A DNA stretch of 64,000 bases from positions 5,024,001 through 5,088,000 of the forward strand of contig OZ241867.1 of NCBI GenBank assembly GCA_965203175.1, given 5' to 3'. This document shows, one piece after another, positions 18,518 through 28,874 of the stretch. Positions within the stretch are counted from its first letter, which is position 1. Every line of letters starts with the position of its first letter. Source of the stretch: Candidatus Latescibacterota bacterium (GTDB taxonomy: Bacteria; Latescibacterota; UBA2968; UBA8231). The notes under the pieces are model-generated. The model worked only from the letters and a program-made list of their open reading frames with translations, made no database searches and was not told the DNA's origin. Both the position numbers and the translations under genes were made by a program.

Positions 18518-20518
18518 TCAGCGGTAAAAGGGCGGCGGCCTCAGCAGACACTTGATGACGTGGGTGCCGGCACTCATGTAGAGCACGCCGGGATTCCCTT
18601 CGGTCAGGGCGTAGAGCTCGGGCAGGGGCGGATCGTTGAGATAGGTCAGGACGCAGGACGAGCCATCTATGCGAAACAGGTCAAAGCGCGTCAGGCCGTA
18701 GATAAAGCCGTCAGAAGCGCAGATCAGCGGAAACATCTCCACCCCTTCGGGCACGCCCATCAACCGAGTACCCTCCGAGCGCAAAGGACCTATCACTTCT
18801 TCTACGACAAACCGCTCCGGGTCGAAAACGAACAAGCGGCGGTTGTCCGTGGTGCCAAAAACCAGCCCCGAGGGATGGACGGCCAAGCTGGTGATCGTGT
18901 TGGCCCCTTCGACCGGACGCAGTTGGCAAATGCGCTGTTTCGTCTGGGGGTCAAAGACGAATAACAGGCCGTCGCGGGTGGTGATTTCCGAGCCGCGTCC
19001 CCCGTAAATGCTGGTGCCACCGTACACATAGCGCTGATCCGCGGCCACGCACTGCACGCTTTGTTCGGGGTCAAGGTAGATTTCCCTATCGTCGAGACCG
19101 GTTGCGGGATCGTACGAAGCCAAGGAGCCGCCGGGAATGCCATAATTGCTGCGGTTGGCCACGTAAATGCGGCCGTCGGGGCCGGTCACCACCTCAAAGG
19201 GTCGGTTCTGGTTTTGGCCCAACGGACCCCAGTTGCGCGGATTGCTGTCGCCCTCCGAGCCGGGGTTCCATGGCTGACTGGGATCGTACACGCCGATGTT
19301 GGAGCCGCCGTAGCTACCGACGTAGAGCTTGTCTTTGTGAGCGTGGACGTGGTAGAGTTCGCCGCCAGACCAAGTGTACCCCAAATCCGCTATGGCATCG
19401 GTATCGGGATCTATGGCGCACAGATGCATGCCGTAAATATTGGTGCCGTAGATTTTGCCCTCCGGCCCTCTACCCAAGGCGCACACCGCACTCCCACGGC
19501 TGCCTTGATAGGCTTCAAAACTGCGTTCTTCCCGGTCGCCGGTGTCGGGAGCGACGATAGTGGCGCAGCCCTCCTCGACTTGGGCGAAGACCAAATGGCC
19601 GTCTTTGCTCAGCCCCGATATGCCGGTGAAAGGACCTTGGCAAATGGGGCGAATGTCCAATGTATCGGCGTCGATGGCGACCAATTGCTCCTCAGCCCAG
19701 GCGTACACCACCCCGCGATCACTGGCGCGGCTGTTGCGACCCAGGGCTAAGGGCGCGAGCGCCGCGCTAGGGCTGTCGAGTCGGGCCACTTCAGTAAAAT
19801 CGGCGCTGAGGACACGCACTTGCTCGCCAACCGCCAAAAACAGGCGACCCCCTTCGGATACAGCGCCGGCAATCCCCTCGGCTGCGGGCGGTACATCGCT
19901 CAGTTGACCGCTTTCCACATCGTAGATTTTGGCCGGGACGGCCGGATAGCCGCTGAGCAGCAGTCGGCCATCGGGCAGCAATTGGATATTCACTAGGCGA
20001 TCGGTAGGCGGAGCAAACGGGCGGCAGAGTTTGTCAAAGCACCGCTTTTGCGGGTCGTAGCAGAACAGCTCGGCCAGTTCGTGACCGCCCATGTACAACA
20101 GGCCGTCGCGCTCCTCCATGCACAGGAGGCGCTGATCGCCTGGAGCGGGACGCCCCAGACTGCTGAAGGTACGGGACTGGGCGTCAAAGACCATGAGATG
20201 GTGGCCGTGGTCAGCCGACAAGCCGGACATGATCAGGGCGTAAATGGTGCCATCTGCGGCCTGGAAGACGGGGCCGTGCTCGCGGCAGGGCATGGGAAAG
20301 ACTTCCAAGCTGCCAGTGTCGAGGTCATTGCAAAAGTAGTGAGCCCCGTCTTGGGAGAATTCGGCCCCCCAAGCCAAGGTGTGTCCATTGGCAGGGTCGT
20401 AGGTGATGGAAAAGCCGTTCCACACGGCACCGACAAAGGGGATGCCCAAGTCGTAATAGGCAACGCGCGGGTGTAGGGTCGGCGGCAAAGTGGGAGCGCG
20501 GGAGGTGAGCGGTTGCAT
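18518..20518 (-). CDS. Beta-propeller repeat protein, no obvious signal peptide
   Basis: Repeated xxDGxIY / LFxYDP blade motifs over ~660 aa. Confidence 0.75.
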   Translation of the reverse strand: MQPLTSRAPTLPPTLHPRVAYYDLGIPFVGAVWNGFSITYDPANGHTLAWGAEFSQDGAHYFCNDLDTGSLEVFPMPCREHGPVFQAADGTIYALIMSGLSADHGHHLMVFDAQSRTFSSLGRPAPGDQRLLCMEERDGLLYMGGHELAELFCYDPQKRCFDKLCRPFAPPTDRLVNIQLLPDGRLLLSGYPAVPAKIYDVESGQLSDVPPAAEGIAGAVSEGGRLFLAVGEQVRVLSADFTEVARLDSPSAALAPLALGRNSRASDRGVVYAWAEEQLVAIDADTLDIRPICQGPFTGISGLSKDGHLVFAQVEEGCATIVAPDTGDREERSFEAYQGSRGSAVCALGRGPEGKIYGTNIYGMHLCAIDPDTDAIADLGYTWSGGELYHVHAHKDKLYVGSYGGSNIGVYDPSQPWNPGSEGDSNPRNWGPLGQNQNRPFEVVTGPDGRIYVANRSNYGIPGGSLASYDPATGLDDREIYLDPEQSVQCVAADQRYVYGGTSIYGGRGSEITTRDGLLFVFDPQTKQRICQLRPVEGANTITSLAVHPSGLVFGTTDNRRLFVFDPERFVVEEVIGPLRSEGTRLMGVPEGVEMFPLICASDGFIYGLTRFDLFRIDGSSCVLTYLNDPPLPELYALTEGNPGVLYMSAGTHVIKCLLRPPPFYR

Positions 20519-20760
20519 GGAGGCTCCTGCTGTTTGCGGATGGCGAGATTGGTCGGCCTCAAAAAACTGTCAAAATCCCTCACAAGTCCACCCCAAAGTC
20601 CGCATTTCCGTGATCGGCACCGGTGGACGAACCTCAGCGCCTACTGTTGCAAACGAATGCGAACGAACTTGACCCACGACCAGCAAAGTTCCTTTATTTT
20701 CTTTAGCTATCCCGACCACATGCTGAGCCTTTCCAGCAAAAAGAAGCTAGCGGTAACTGT

Positions 20761-22050
20761 ATGAGAGCAATGACGCGGCGATCGCTGCTCCGTGTCGGCC
20801 TTACCGGTTGCTTGGTCGCCCCTTGGTGGCACGCAGTGCGGGCCTTTGCCGCCCGCCCCGCCGAGCTACCGACGAAATCTGGCGTGACCGATACCGAGAT
20901 CATCCTCGGCACGTCCGCCGCTTTCTCCGGCCCCTCCCGAGGGTTGGGCATCGAACTCTATCGGGGAGCCGGTGCATATTTTACCCACGTCAATCAGCAA
21001 GGTGGCATAGCCGGCCGCACCGTACAGGTCAAAGCCTACGACGATGGCTACCAGCCCGGCCCTTCGGTCAAAAACACCATGAAGCTGATGCTCGACGATC
21101 AGGTGTTTTTGCTGTTCGGTTACGTTGGCACGCCGACGGTGACGCGCGTGTTGCCCATCCTCAAAAAATTCCAAGACCGAAACATCCTGCTGTTCTTCCC
21201 CTTCACTGGCGCGCAACCCCAGCGCGAACCGCCCTATGGTGCCTTCGCCTTTAACCTGCGCGCCTCCTACCGCCAAGAAACGGCTGGGCTAGTCGATAAT
21301 TTCTTGCGCGTCAATCGCCGACGCATTGCCGTGTTCTATCAAGCCGATGCGTACGGCCGCAGCGGCTGGGCCGGCGTGCGCAGCGCCCTGAAAAAGCACG
21401 GCGAGCAAATCGTCGGCGAGGCCACGTACCGGCGCGGCGAACGGTTCACTGGCACGATGCGCAAACAGGTTGAAATCCTCAAGGAAGCCAAGCCCGAAGC
21501 AGTAATCTGCATCGGCGCCTATGCAGCCTGCGCGGCCTTTGCCCGCGATGCAGTCGATCTCGGCCTGCAAGTACCCTTTGCCAACCTGTCCTTTGTCGGC
21601 AGCGAAAACCTCCTCAAGCTGCTCACCGAGGGGCGCGACGACAGCCAGCGCTATACGCAATGGCTGGTAAACTCCCAAGTGGTGCCCAGTTACGAAGACA
21701 CGTCCATACCCGCAGTCCAAGAGTACCGCGACTTGATGACTCGCTACGCCCCACAGCCGCCAGCAGAACTGTTAAAAGACCCCTATACGCCCTTTGACCA
21801 CAGCTTCGTCAGTCTCGAAGGCTTTCTCAACGCCAAGTTGCTAGTCGAAATTTTGCACCGCCTCGGTGCCGAGCCGCAGCGCCACCAACTCGAAGACGCG
21901 GTGTTCTCCGTCGCGGACTTCGATCTGGGCATCGGCGAACAGGTCTCCTTTGGTGCCGACCGCCGCCAAGGTCTCCAGCGAGTGTACTACACGGTGGTCG
22001 ATGCAGGTCGTTTTGTCCCTCTGGACGATTGGCGCGCTAGGTTTGCATGA
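20761..22050 (+). CDS. Periplasmic binding protein, LivJ/Peripla_BP_6 type, Tat-exported
   Basis: TRRSLL Tat motif. GGIAGR, YDDGYQP, GYVGTPT, RASY. Confidence 0.9.
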   Translation: MRAMTRRSLLRVGLTGCLVAPWWHAVRAFAARPAELPTKSGVTDTEIILGTSAAFSGPSRGLGIELYRGAGAYFTHVNQQGGIAGRTVQVKAYDDGYQPGPSVKNTMKLMLDDQVFLLFGYVGTPTVTRVLPILKKFQDRNILLFFPFTGAQPQREPPYGAFAFNLRASYRQETAGLVDNFLRVNRRRIAVFYQADAYGRSGWAGVRSALKKHGEQIVGEATYRRGERFTGTMRKQVEILKEAKPEAVICIGAYAACAAFARDAVDLGLQVPFANLSFVGSENLLKLLTEGRDDSQRYTQWLVNSQVVPSYEDTSIPAVQEYRDLMTRYAPQPPAELLKDPYTPFDHSFVSLEGFLNAKLLVEILHRLGAEPQRHQLEDAVFSVADFDLGIGEQVSFGADRRQGLQRVYYTVVDAGRFVPLDDWRARFA

Positions 22051-22772
22051 TGGTGATAAAAGTCCAAAAGCTCTTTAAGAAAACGCTGTTCGGCGTCTTT
22101 GCCCTATTTGGCTTGATCGGCCTATCGACCTCCATTCTGTGCGTCTATACGGTCGATACGCACCTGTCGGCCGAATACGAGAGCAACAGCCGCGACATTG
22201 CCAAGACCATCGCCGATTCCAGCGTCGATATTCTCTTAAATCGCGACTTGTCAGCTTTGCAGTCGCTCATTGATCAGTTCGTCGAGATTCAGGGCATCAA
22301 GTACATCTACATCACCGACGAATCCGGCGAGTTCCTCGCCCACACCTTTGTACCGGGCATTCCCGCAGAAATTCGCGCCAGCGATCCGTTTAATATGGAA
22401 ACAGTGGAGCGCAGCCTGCCCGGGATGGGCGATTTTGTCGAAGTGGGCAGCCCGATTCTCGCCGGCGTTGCCGGGACGGTTCACGTGGGCATGGACACCG
22501 GTTTGATTGCGCTAAAAATTCAACGCGCAATCGGCCAGCAGGTGTACCTCTTCTCCATCATCCTCGTCGTCGGCGTTTTTGCCGCCATCTGGTTGGTCAA
22601 TCTGGCGGCTAAGCCAATGGGCGCGCTCTTGGGCTACGCCGTGGGCGTGGCGCGCGATGAGAAGCCCACCGACGACAACCTGCTGGCGCGCGACGACGAA
22701 GCTGGACACCTAGCTCGACTCTTCCTCTACGTTGCCGACAAAGGCCAGCGCACGCCCGAAAGCGCAGAGTAG
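22047..22772 (+). CDS. Two-TM sensor-like protein with degenerate HAMP and no output domain
   Basis: TM1, then an extracytoplasmic IKYIYITDESGEFLAHTF segment, TM2, a KPM...RDDEAGHLARLF HAMP-like segment, then stop. Confidence 0.75.
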   Translation: MMVIKVQKLFKKTLFGVFALFGLIGLSTSILCVYTVDTHLSAEYESNSRDIAKTIADSSVDILLNRDLSALQSLIDQFVEIQGIKYIYITDESGEFLAHTFVPGIPAEIRASDPFNMETVERSLPGMGDFVEVGSPILAGVAGTVHVGMDTGLIALKIQRAIGQQVYLFSIILVVGVFAAIWLVNLAAKPMGALLGYAVGVARDEKPTDDNLLARDDEAGHLARLFLYVADKGQRTPESAE

Positions 22773-22820
22773 ATTGCGCAGCGAGACTAGCGAGTGCTTG
22801 GCGATTGAGGTCTAGGGAAC

Positions 22821-24134
22821 ATGGCGCAACAAAGAGTACTAATTCCGCGCTCGCTTATGGCGCTGTTCTGCACGGTCCTGCAGGTCTGTTTTGGGACGGT
22901 GTACGCGTGGAGTTTCTTCCAGACGCTCTTGGTGCGGCAATTGGGTTGGTCGTTCACGGAAACGGCTTGGGCTTTTAGCCTGACGATTCTTTCGCTCGGC
23001 ACTTCGGCGGCTTGGGCGGGCGTGCTGCTGCCGAGGGTCGGACCGCGGTGCTTGGCTGTGACCGGCAGCATCATGTTCTCGGTCGGCTATGTGCTGGCGA
23101 GTCTGGCGCTAAAGTGGGACATGCTCGCGCTGTTCTACGTGGGGTACGGCGTCATCGGAGGAGCGGGCATCGGGCTGGGCTACGTCACGCCCGTGGCGAC
23201 GGTGGCCAAGTGGTTCCCGGACAAGAAGGGCTTGGCCACCGGCATCGTCGTGATGGGGTTCGGAGTAGGTGCCTTTCTGTTGAGCAAGGGTTTGGCACCT
23301 CTGCTCGTATCCCACCTAGCAGGCGATCTGTCCCATGTCTTCCTAGGTCTCGGGGTGGTCTTCGCCTGTGTCCTGATCCCCTGTAGCTTGCTGCTGAGCA
23401 ATCCCCCGGCGGCCGCTGAAGCGGTTGCCGAACAAACGCCCGCCGACGAGTCCGACTCGGCGGCACCGTATCTGCGCTCCTCTGAGTTCGCCCTCATGTG
23501 GATCGTCTTCTTCTTCAACATCGCCGCCGGCATCTCCGTCATCAGCTTTCAGTCGGAACTACTCCAGGAAGTCTGGGGCCTAGCCGATCCAACCGTAGAA
23601 CCGGCGACGCTGGCCGAGTACGGGGCCACGCTGATCGCCATCAGTTCGCTGTGCAATGGCGTGGGCCGGCTGTTTTGGGGATTGCTCTCGGATCGGCTGG
23701 GGCGCGTCAAGGTTTTCAGAATTCTGCTCGCCAGCCAGATGGTCGTGTTTGGCATTTTGATGACCGAGCGCAATCCCTATGTCTTTTCGGTTCTCGTTTG
23801 TTACATCCTCCTGTGCTTTGGCGGCGGCTTTGCCACCATGCCCTCTTTTGTGCTCGATGTTTTTGGCCCGCAAAAGATGTCGACGATCTACGGGACCATT
23901 TTGACGGCTTGGGCAGCAGCGGGGATTTGCGGGCCGCTGTACGTGGGGTATCTGAAGGACCAATACCCCGACCGGGCGTTCATCTATTGCTTCCTGATCG
24001 GCATTCTGATGCTTGGGCTTGGCTACGTATTCTCCTATTTGCTGAGCGACGATCGCATTCGTCTCCGTCGGCCGACCCTAGAGGATACGCTGCGTCAGTA
24101 TGGCATTTTGCCCGTGGAACAAGGTGTACGTTGA
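22821..24134 (+). CDS. OFA (oxalate:formate antiporter) family MFS transporter
   Basis: GTVYAWS, KWFPDKKGLATG, NGVGRLFWGLLSDRLGR, FGGGFATMP. Confidence 0.92.
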   Translation: MAQQRVLIPRSLMALFCTVLQVCFGTVYAWSFFQTLLVRQLGWSFTETAWAFSLTILSLGTSAAWAGVLLPRVGPRCLAVTGSIMFSVGYVLASLALKWDMLALFYVGYGVIGGAGIGLGYVTPVATVAKWFPDKKGLATGIVVMGFGVGAFLLSKGLAPLLVSHLAGDLSHVFLGLGVVFACVLIPCSLLLSNPPAAAEAVAEQTPADESDSAAPYLRSSEFALMWIVFFFNIAAGISVISFQSELLQEVWGLADPTVEPATLAEYGATLIAISSLCNGVGRLFWGLLSDRLGRVKVFRILLASQMVVFGILMTERNPYVFSVLVCYILLCFGGGFATMPSFVLDVFGPQKMSTIYGTILTAWAAAGICGPLYVGYLKDQYPDRAFIYCFLIGILMLGLGYVFSYLLSDDRIRLRRPTLEDTLRQYGILPVEQGVR

Positions 24135-24276
24135 TACCTCAATGTGACTGCGTGGTGGCCGCCCGAACTCGCTGTGCGGACTTGCGGTTAGCAGTTGCTC
24201 TTCCCCCCTTTTTTCTATATATCCCATAAGTAAGCCTGTCGAAGATTACTCACACCGCCCGAAGGGGATCGTCCAG

Positions 24277-26214
24277 ATGAGCCGAAGTCTGGTATTGCCG
24301 CTGATAGCCTTGGTATTTTGCGCCATTCTGACCGACGTGAGCCATGCGCTGACCATCTACCGCATCGGCGGCTCCGACCTGCCGCCGCCCGAGCGCGACG
24401 CGCCTTTCGACTTCATCCAACTAGAATGGGCCGATATCGACGCCAAGCAGCACGGCAGTACCCTGCTGACGGAGATCAGCACGACCCTCGCGCCCGAGCA
24501 ACTAGACCCCATAGTCAACCTGACACCGTTGCTGGATGAACGAGGTGGAAAAATCGAAACGCTGCGCTCGATCGTGGGTTGGGCCGATTTTCCCGCCCGC
24601 GACGCACCGATGTTCGACGGCGACCCCACCACTCACTTTCTCGGTGACGGCGATTGGGGCGGAGACTACGGCGCGATAGAAAACAAAGTGCTGGTATTTG
24701 ATATGGGCGGATTATTCAACATCGACCGGGTGCGCTTCTATCCCCGAGAAAAGCACCTTGTAGATCGCTTTATCCAGACCGTTATAGTCGGCATCAACGA
24801 CGGTGACCCGCTCAAGGACGGGACTCGGGAATACCTAGTAGGCGAGGGATGGAGACGGCGGCCGCCAGGCGCGCGGAAAGACTTTGAAATCGTCCTCAAC
24901 GCCACTGAAAACACCCGCTCCGATATCGTCATCGAAATGCCCGACCGGCCGATCCGCAACATCCTATTTGAAGCGCCGGCCAACATCCGCGGCGTCTGGG
25001 AAATCGCCGAATTTGAAATTTACGGCTCCGGTTTTGCACCACAGGCTACCTACGTCTCCAATGTGATCGATCTAGGTCAACCCGTTAGCTTGGGCCGACT
25101 CAACTGGTCTGCGCAGGAGGACGAAGGTGCGGCGATTGATTTGACTATGCGCAGCGGCGACGATTCCGATCCCAACACCTACTGGCGCAAAACGTTCCGC
25201 GGCGACGAGACTACGCGCTATAGCGATGGCAAAGCCTTGGTTTTGTCCACGTACAAGAAACTGGACAAAGGGGAGCGAGCCGGAATCACGCCGGATACCG
25301 AAAACTGGCAAGCTTGGAGTCCCCCGTACGATCTAGCCCTCAGCAGCGGCGACCTCGCCGGCAACAAGCCGCGGCAATTCGTCCAGTTTGCCGTCCAGTT
25401 CTCTTCCACTGCGGAAGCGGGCGGATGGCTGCATTACCTGCAATTTGAAGTATCCAATCCGCCGGTGGCATCCCAAGCCCTGGCCGAGATCGTCCCCGTG
25501 GAGGTGCCGGCGGGCGCAGTAACGCAGTTTACCTACAAGATCCTGCCGCGATTAACCGGCACTGATCTGGGTTTTGACAGCATTGAGATCAAAACGCCAG
25601 CTCGGGTCGCCAGCATCGATCAGGTCCGACTGGAAGGCTTGCCGGTGGATTTCACCGAGGTCCGAGTGGAAGAGAATGGATTTGAGTTGCGAATTCCCCG
25701 CATGGACCTACAGCGCACCAACGAATTGCTGGAAGTGGATTTCCAAGCCCAGGTCTTCCAGTTTGGCACGGTATTCGCGGCGCGGATTTTCGATAGCGAG
25801 CAGCCCCACGAAGTGCATCAGGAGGTCACGGCAGGGGATGCCGATCAACTGGTCGATAGCAACACCTTGAGTGTCGGTCTGATAGCTATCGACAAAAAGG
25901 CGGTCAACGTCCTGCGCCTGCCCACGCGGGCGTTCACCCCGAATGGGGACGGTGCCAACGATCTGCTGCGAATTCAGTACGAATTGCTCAATCTGGGTGC
26001 CGTACCAGTGGCTATTGATCTATACGATCTTTCGGGACGGCGCATCGGCGAGATATATCGTGGCACCGCAGCCAGCGGCAGTTTTGAAGTGACTTGGGAT
26101 GGTCGCGATGCCCAAGCCAACTTGGTGCCGCCGGGCCTCTATATCCTGCGCCTAGAGGTGGATAGCGACGGGGGGATGGAATCGAAGGAACGAGTGGTTT
26201 CGCTGGTTTATTGA
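24277..26214 (+). CDS. Secreted discoidin-like protein with FlgD-Ig/CHU_C-like module (type A)
   Basis: Signal peptide. YRIGG, FDGDPTT, SNVIDLG, RSGDDSDPNTY, FTPNGDGAND. Ends LVY. Confidence 0.87.
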   Translation: MSRSLVLPLIALVFCAILTDVSHALTIYRIGGSDLPPPERDAPFDFIQLEWADIDAKQHGSTLLTEISTTLAPEQLDPIVNLTPLLDERGGKIETLRSIVGWADFPARDAPMFDGDPTTHFLGDGDWGGDYGAIENKVLVFDMGGLFNIDRVRFYPREKHLVDRFIQTVIVGINDGDPLKDGTREYLVGEGWRRRPPGARKDFEIVLNATENTRSDIVIEMPDRPIRNILFEAPANIRGVWEIAEFEIYGSGFAPQATYVSNVIDLGQPVSLGRLNWSAQEDEGAAIDLTMRSGDDSDPNTYWRKTFRGDETTRYSDGKALVLSTYKKLDKGERAGITPDTENWQAWSPPYDLALSSGDLAGNKPRQFVQFAVQFSSTAEAGGWLHYLQFEVSNPPVASQALAEIVPVEVPAGAVTQFTYKILPRLTGTDLGFDSIEIKTPARVASIDQVRLEGLPVDFTEVRVEENGFELRIPRMDLQRTNELLEVDFQAQVFQFGTVFAARIFDSEQPHEVHQEVTAGDADQLVDSNTLSVGLIAIDKKAVNVLRLPTRAFTPNGDGANDLLRIQYELLNLGAVPVAIDLYDLSGRRIGEIYRGTAASGSFEVTWDGRDAQANLVPPGLYILRLEVDSDGGMESKERVVSLVY

Positions 26215-26242
26215 CTTGAGAACTCAGTAGGTGGTAAGAGAT

Positions 26243-28858
26243 ATGGAACGGATTCTTAAGCGCATAAGCTGGGCGGTCTTGTCGGCGGTTCTGGGTACGG
26301 CGGCGTATGGTCAGGGGGCGGGCCATCAGGTGACGACCAACCAGGTAGTGGTCGACAGAACAGCGCACTGGCGCAACTGGACCTTCCCCCAAGGGGTAGT
26401 GGAAATTTCGCCCAGCGGTGCCTTGACGCCGCACCAGTTGCACCGCGACATCAACGCGGTACAGGACATCGCCGCTTATCTGCAAGCCCGCCCACCCGAA
26501 GGAGTAAAAAAGGCCCCCGAAGAAATTACTGTCTTGGACGGCATCCAGGCCGGAACTGCTGGCAACCGGGCGGACGTGGTCAACCTTTTTGACGGCGACC
26601 TAGAAACGTACTGGCAGCCCGACCCGCCCACGGGTGAGGGCGAGTTGGCCAGCCAATGGTGGTTTATCGTCGATCTGGGTCGGCTAGTGATGGCCAAGAG
26701 CATCGTGCTGAAGTTCGTCGACGAGGAATTGGGCGATCCCTTCCTGCAGTTCGATGTGCTGGTGTCCCAGGGTAACAAGCCCCCGCGCTCGGACTCGTTC
26801 AAATACACCGCTATGTGGCGGACCCTTAAGCCCAACAAGGAACAGCGGCTCTTCGAGATCGACATGAAGTTGGAGCGCGAGTTCGAGGGTGCCGGCATTC
26901 GCTTCCTGCAGGTGGTAGTGACCGGCAGCAATTTCGGCCGGGGTCGAGAAGTCACTCAGGCCGAATACGACCAGCTAGCCGCCAACGAGCGGGGCGAGGT
27001 CGATTATTTCAAGCTCCATGCCGACGGGCGCGAGACCCTAGTGACGCAGGAAGTACACCCCCAACTCGAGCCCGGGCAACAAGGCCCGGTGCGCTATTAC
27101 CGGGCTGAGCGTCCACGGCTGGCCGAGTTGGAAGTGTGGGTGGAAGGCGACGAAATCCTCACCGGGGCGCTGGACAGGGGAGGTTTCGGCACGGCTACCC
27201 AGACGGCATCGATCAATAGCTTGATTGACGGGCAGATCGAAAGCAAAGTGCAATTCATCTACACCTATGGCCGGGGATCGCTCAAGTCGCCCGAAGGGGA
27301 GGTGTTTTTCGACCTAGGTGCCTTTTACTGGATTGACGCCTTCAGGCTGGCCTACGGCGGTTCCAGTTTTTCCGATTACCGACTGGATTTTTCGGACGGC
27401 ACGCTGGCCGCCGACGGCAGCATCAAGTGGAACACCGCCGTTGACCGCGAGCAGCGGAGTGGCTGGGGGCCTTCAGCCTTGGGCCTAGGCTACGGGCGGT
27501 ATGAAGGTAACGATTTCGAGCGGCTTAAAGCCCGTTTTTTTCGCTTTGTCTGGAAGCAGTTCGAAAGCACCAGTTCCACGGGCAAAGGCGGAGCCACCGG
27601 TCAGCCAGCGGAGATGCAGTTATACGGGCGGGGTTTCCTACCCGAAGTAACGCTGACCTCCGATTTGATCCGTTTGCGAGGCAGCCGCAACCTGCTCTCC
27701 GTCGAGTGGGACGCCGACACGCCACCCGGCACGAGCGTGCTGATCCAGACCCGTACTGGCAATGAGTTGAGTGAAACCCTGCATTACTTCAAAAAAGACG
27801 GCACGGAAGTATCCAAGGAAGACTACGACAAGCTGCTGTCGATCTTCCGCGGCGAGATCGTCGCCGAAGAAACCGCCGGTTCCGACTGGGAGCCGTGGAG
27901 CCAGCCGTACGAAGACCCGGCCGGTTCGCCGGTGACTTCGCCCAGCCCGCGCGAGTTTCTGACTTTGCGGGCGACCTTGCTGTCGGACGATCCAGCGGTC
28001 AGTCCGACCTTGCGCTCAATTCGGCTCAACTTTAGCAATCCCGTCGCTCAGGGCCTCACCGGTGAGATCTCGCCGTTTCAGGTGGACCAACTGGGTCAGG
28101 AGCAGATGTTTTCGTTCTATGTGCGTCCAGACTTCGGGAGTCGGGATCCGGGCTTCGACCAGTTGCTGCTGGTGGCACCGCCTGATATGCCGCTGCGCTT
28201 CGTGGGACTATATGCCGGTGCCGAGGATGCCTTCGGTCCCAGCACTGACCTATCCAGTCTAGCCATGGCCGACGTGGAGGTGATGCAGACGCGCGTGGAC
28301 AGCTTGCAACTGGCCTTCCCGCCGGTGGGACCGAGCTCAGGCGTAGAAGTGCTGCGGCTCGATTTTGCGACGGCGTTGTTTTCAACGGGCGCGGTGATGC
28401 GGACGCTGTTAAAAAATAGCGGCGAGGGAGAGGGCAACTGGCAACGCGTCGATGCCGGCAACGCGCTGGACGGCATCGAGAGCAACACCACGACGCTGGT
28501 CGGTGCGGTTCAGAGCACCTCGCTGCTGACAGAGGTAGAGGTGATACCGCGAATCTTCACACCCAACGGCGACGGCGTCAACGACCAAGCTCAATTCGCC
28601 TTCAAGGTGGTGCGGGTGGGCGACGATAGCCCGGCGGAAGTGGAAGTTTTCGATCTGGCGGGCCGTCAGGTGCGTCGGTTGGTCGAGCAGCGAGATTTGA
28701 GTACCGGCTCCTATTCCATCGGCTGGGACGGCAGAGACGACGCAGGGGCTTTGGTGCCGCCTGGAGTGTATTACGCTCGTTTGCGGATCGACACCGACAC
28801 CGAGGGTGCTGGCATCGATGGCGAGCAGGTCCTGAAAACCATTGCCGTCGCGTACTGA
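26243..28858 (+). CDS. Secreted discoidin-like protein with FlgD-Ig/CHU_C-like module (type B)
   Basis: ATG at 26243 preferred (ORF open from 26231). WRNWTFP, FDGDLETYWQP, VDLGRLV, SPSPREF, FTPNGDGVND. Ends VAY. Confidence 0.87.
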   Translation: MERILKRISWAVLSAVLGTAAYGQGAGHQVTTNQVVVDRTAHWRNWTFPQGVVEISPSGALTPHQLHRDINAVQDIAAYLQARPPEGVKKAPEEITVLDGIQAGTAGNRADVVNLFDGDLETYWQPDPPTGEGELASQWWFIVDLGRLVMAKSIVLKFVDEELGDPFLQFDVLVSQGNKPPRSDSFKYTAMWRTLKPNKEQRLFEIDMKLEREFEGAGIRFLQVVVTGSNFGRGREVTQAEYDQLAANERGEVDYFKLHADGRETLVTQEVHPQLEPGQQGPVRYYRAERPRLAELEVWVEGDEILTGALDRGGFGTATQTASINSLIDGQIESKVQFIYTYGRGSLKSPEGEVFFDLGAFYWIDAFRLAYGGSSFSDYRLDFSDGTLAADGSIKWNTAVDREQRSGWGPSALGLGYGRYEGNDFERLKARFFRFVWKQFESTSSTGKGGATGQPAEMQLYGRGFLPEVTLTSDLIRLRGSRNLLSVEWDADTPPGTSVLIQTRTGNELSETLHYFKKDGTEVSKEDYDKLLSIFRGEIVAEETAGSDWEPWSQPYEDPAGSPVTSPSPREFLTLRATLLSDDPAVSPTLRSIRLNFSNPVAQGLTGEISPFQVDQLGQEQMFSFYVRPDFGSRDPGFDQLLLVAPPDMPLRFVGLYAGAEDAFGPSTDLSSLAMADVEVMQTRVDSLQLAFPPVGPSSGVEVLRLDFATALFSTGAVMRTLLKNSGEGEGNWQRVDAGNALDGIESNTTTLVGAVQSTSLLTEVEVIPRIFTPNGDGVNDQAQFAFKVVRVGDDSPAEVEVFDLAGRQVRRLVEQRDLSTGSYSIGWDGRDDAGALVPPGVYYARLRIDTDTEGAGIDGEQVLKTIAVAY

Positions 28859-28874
28859 GGGAGATTGATCCAAA

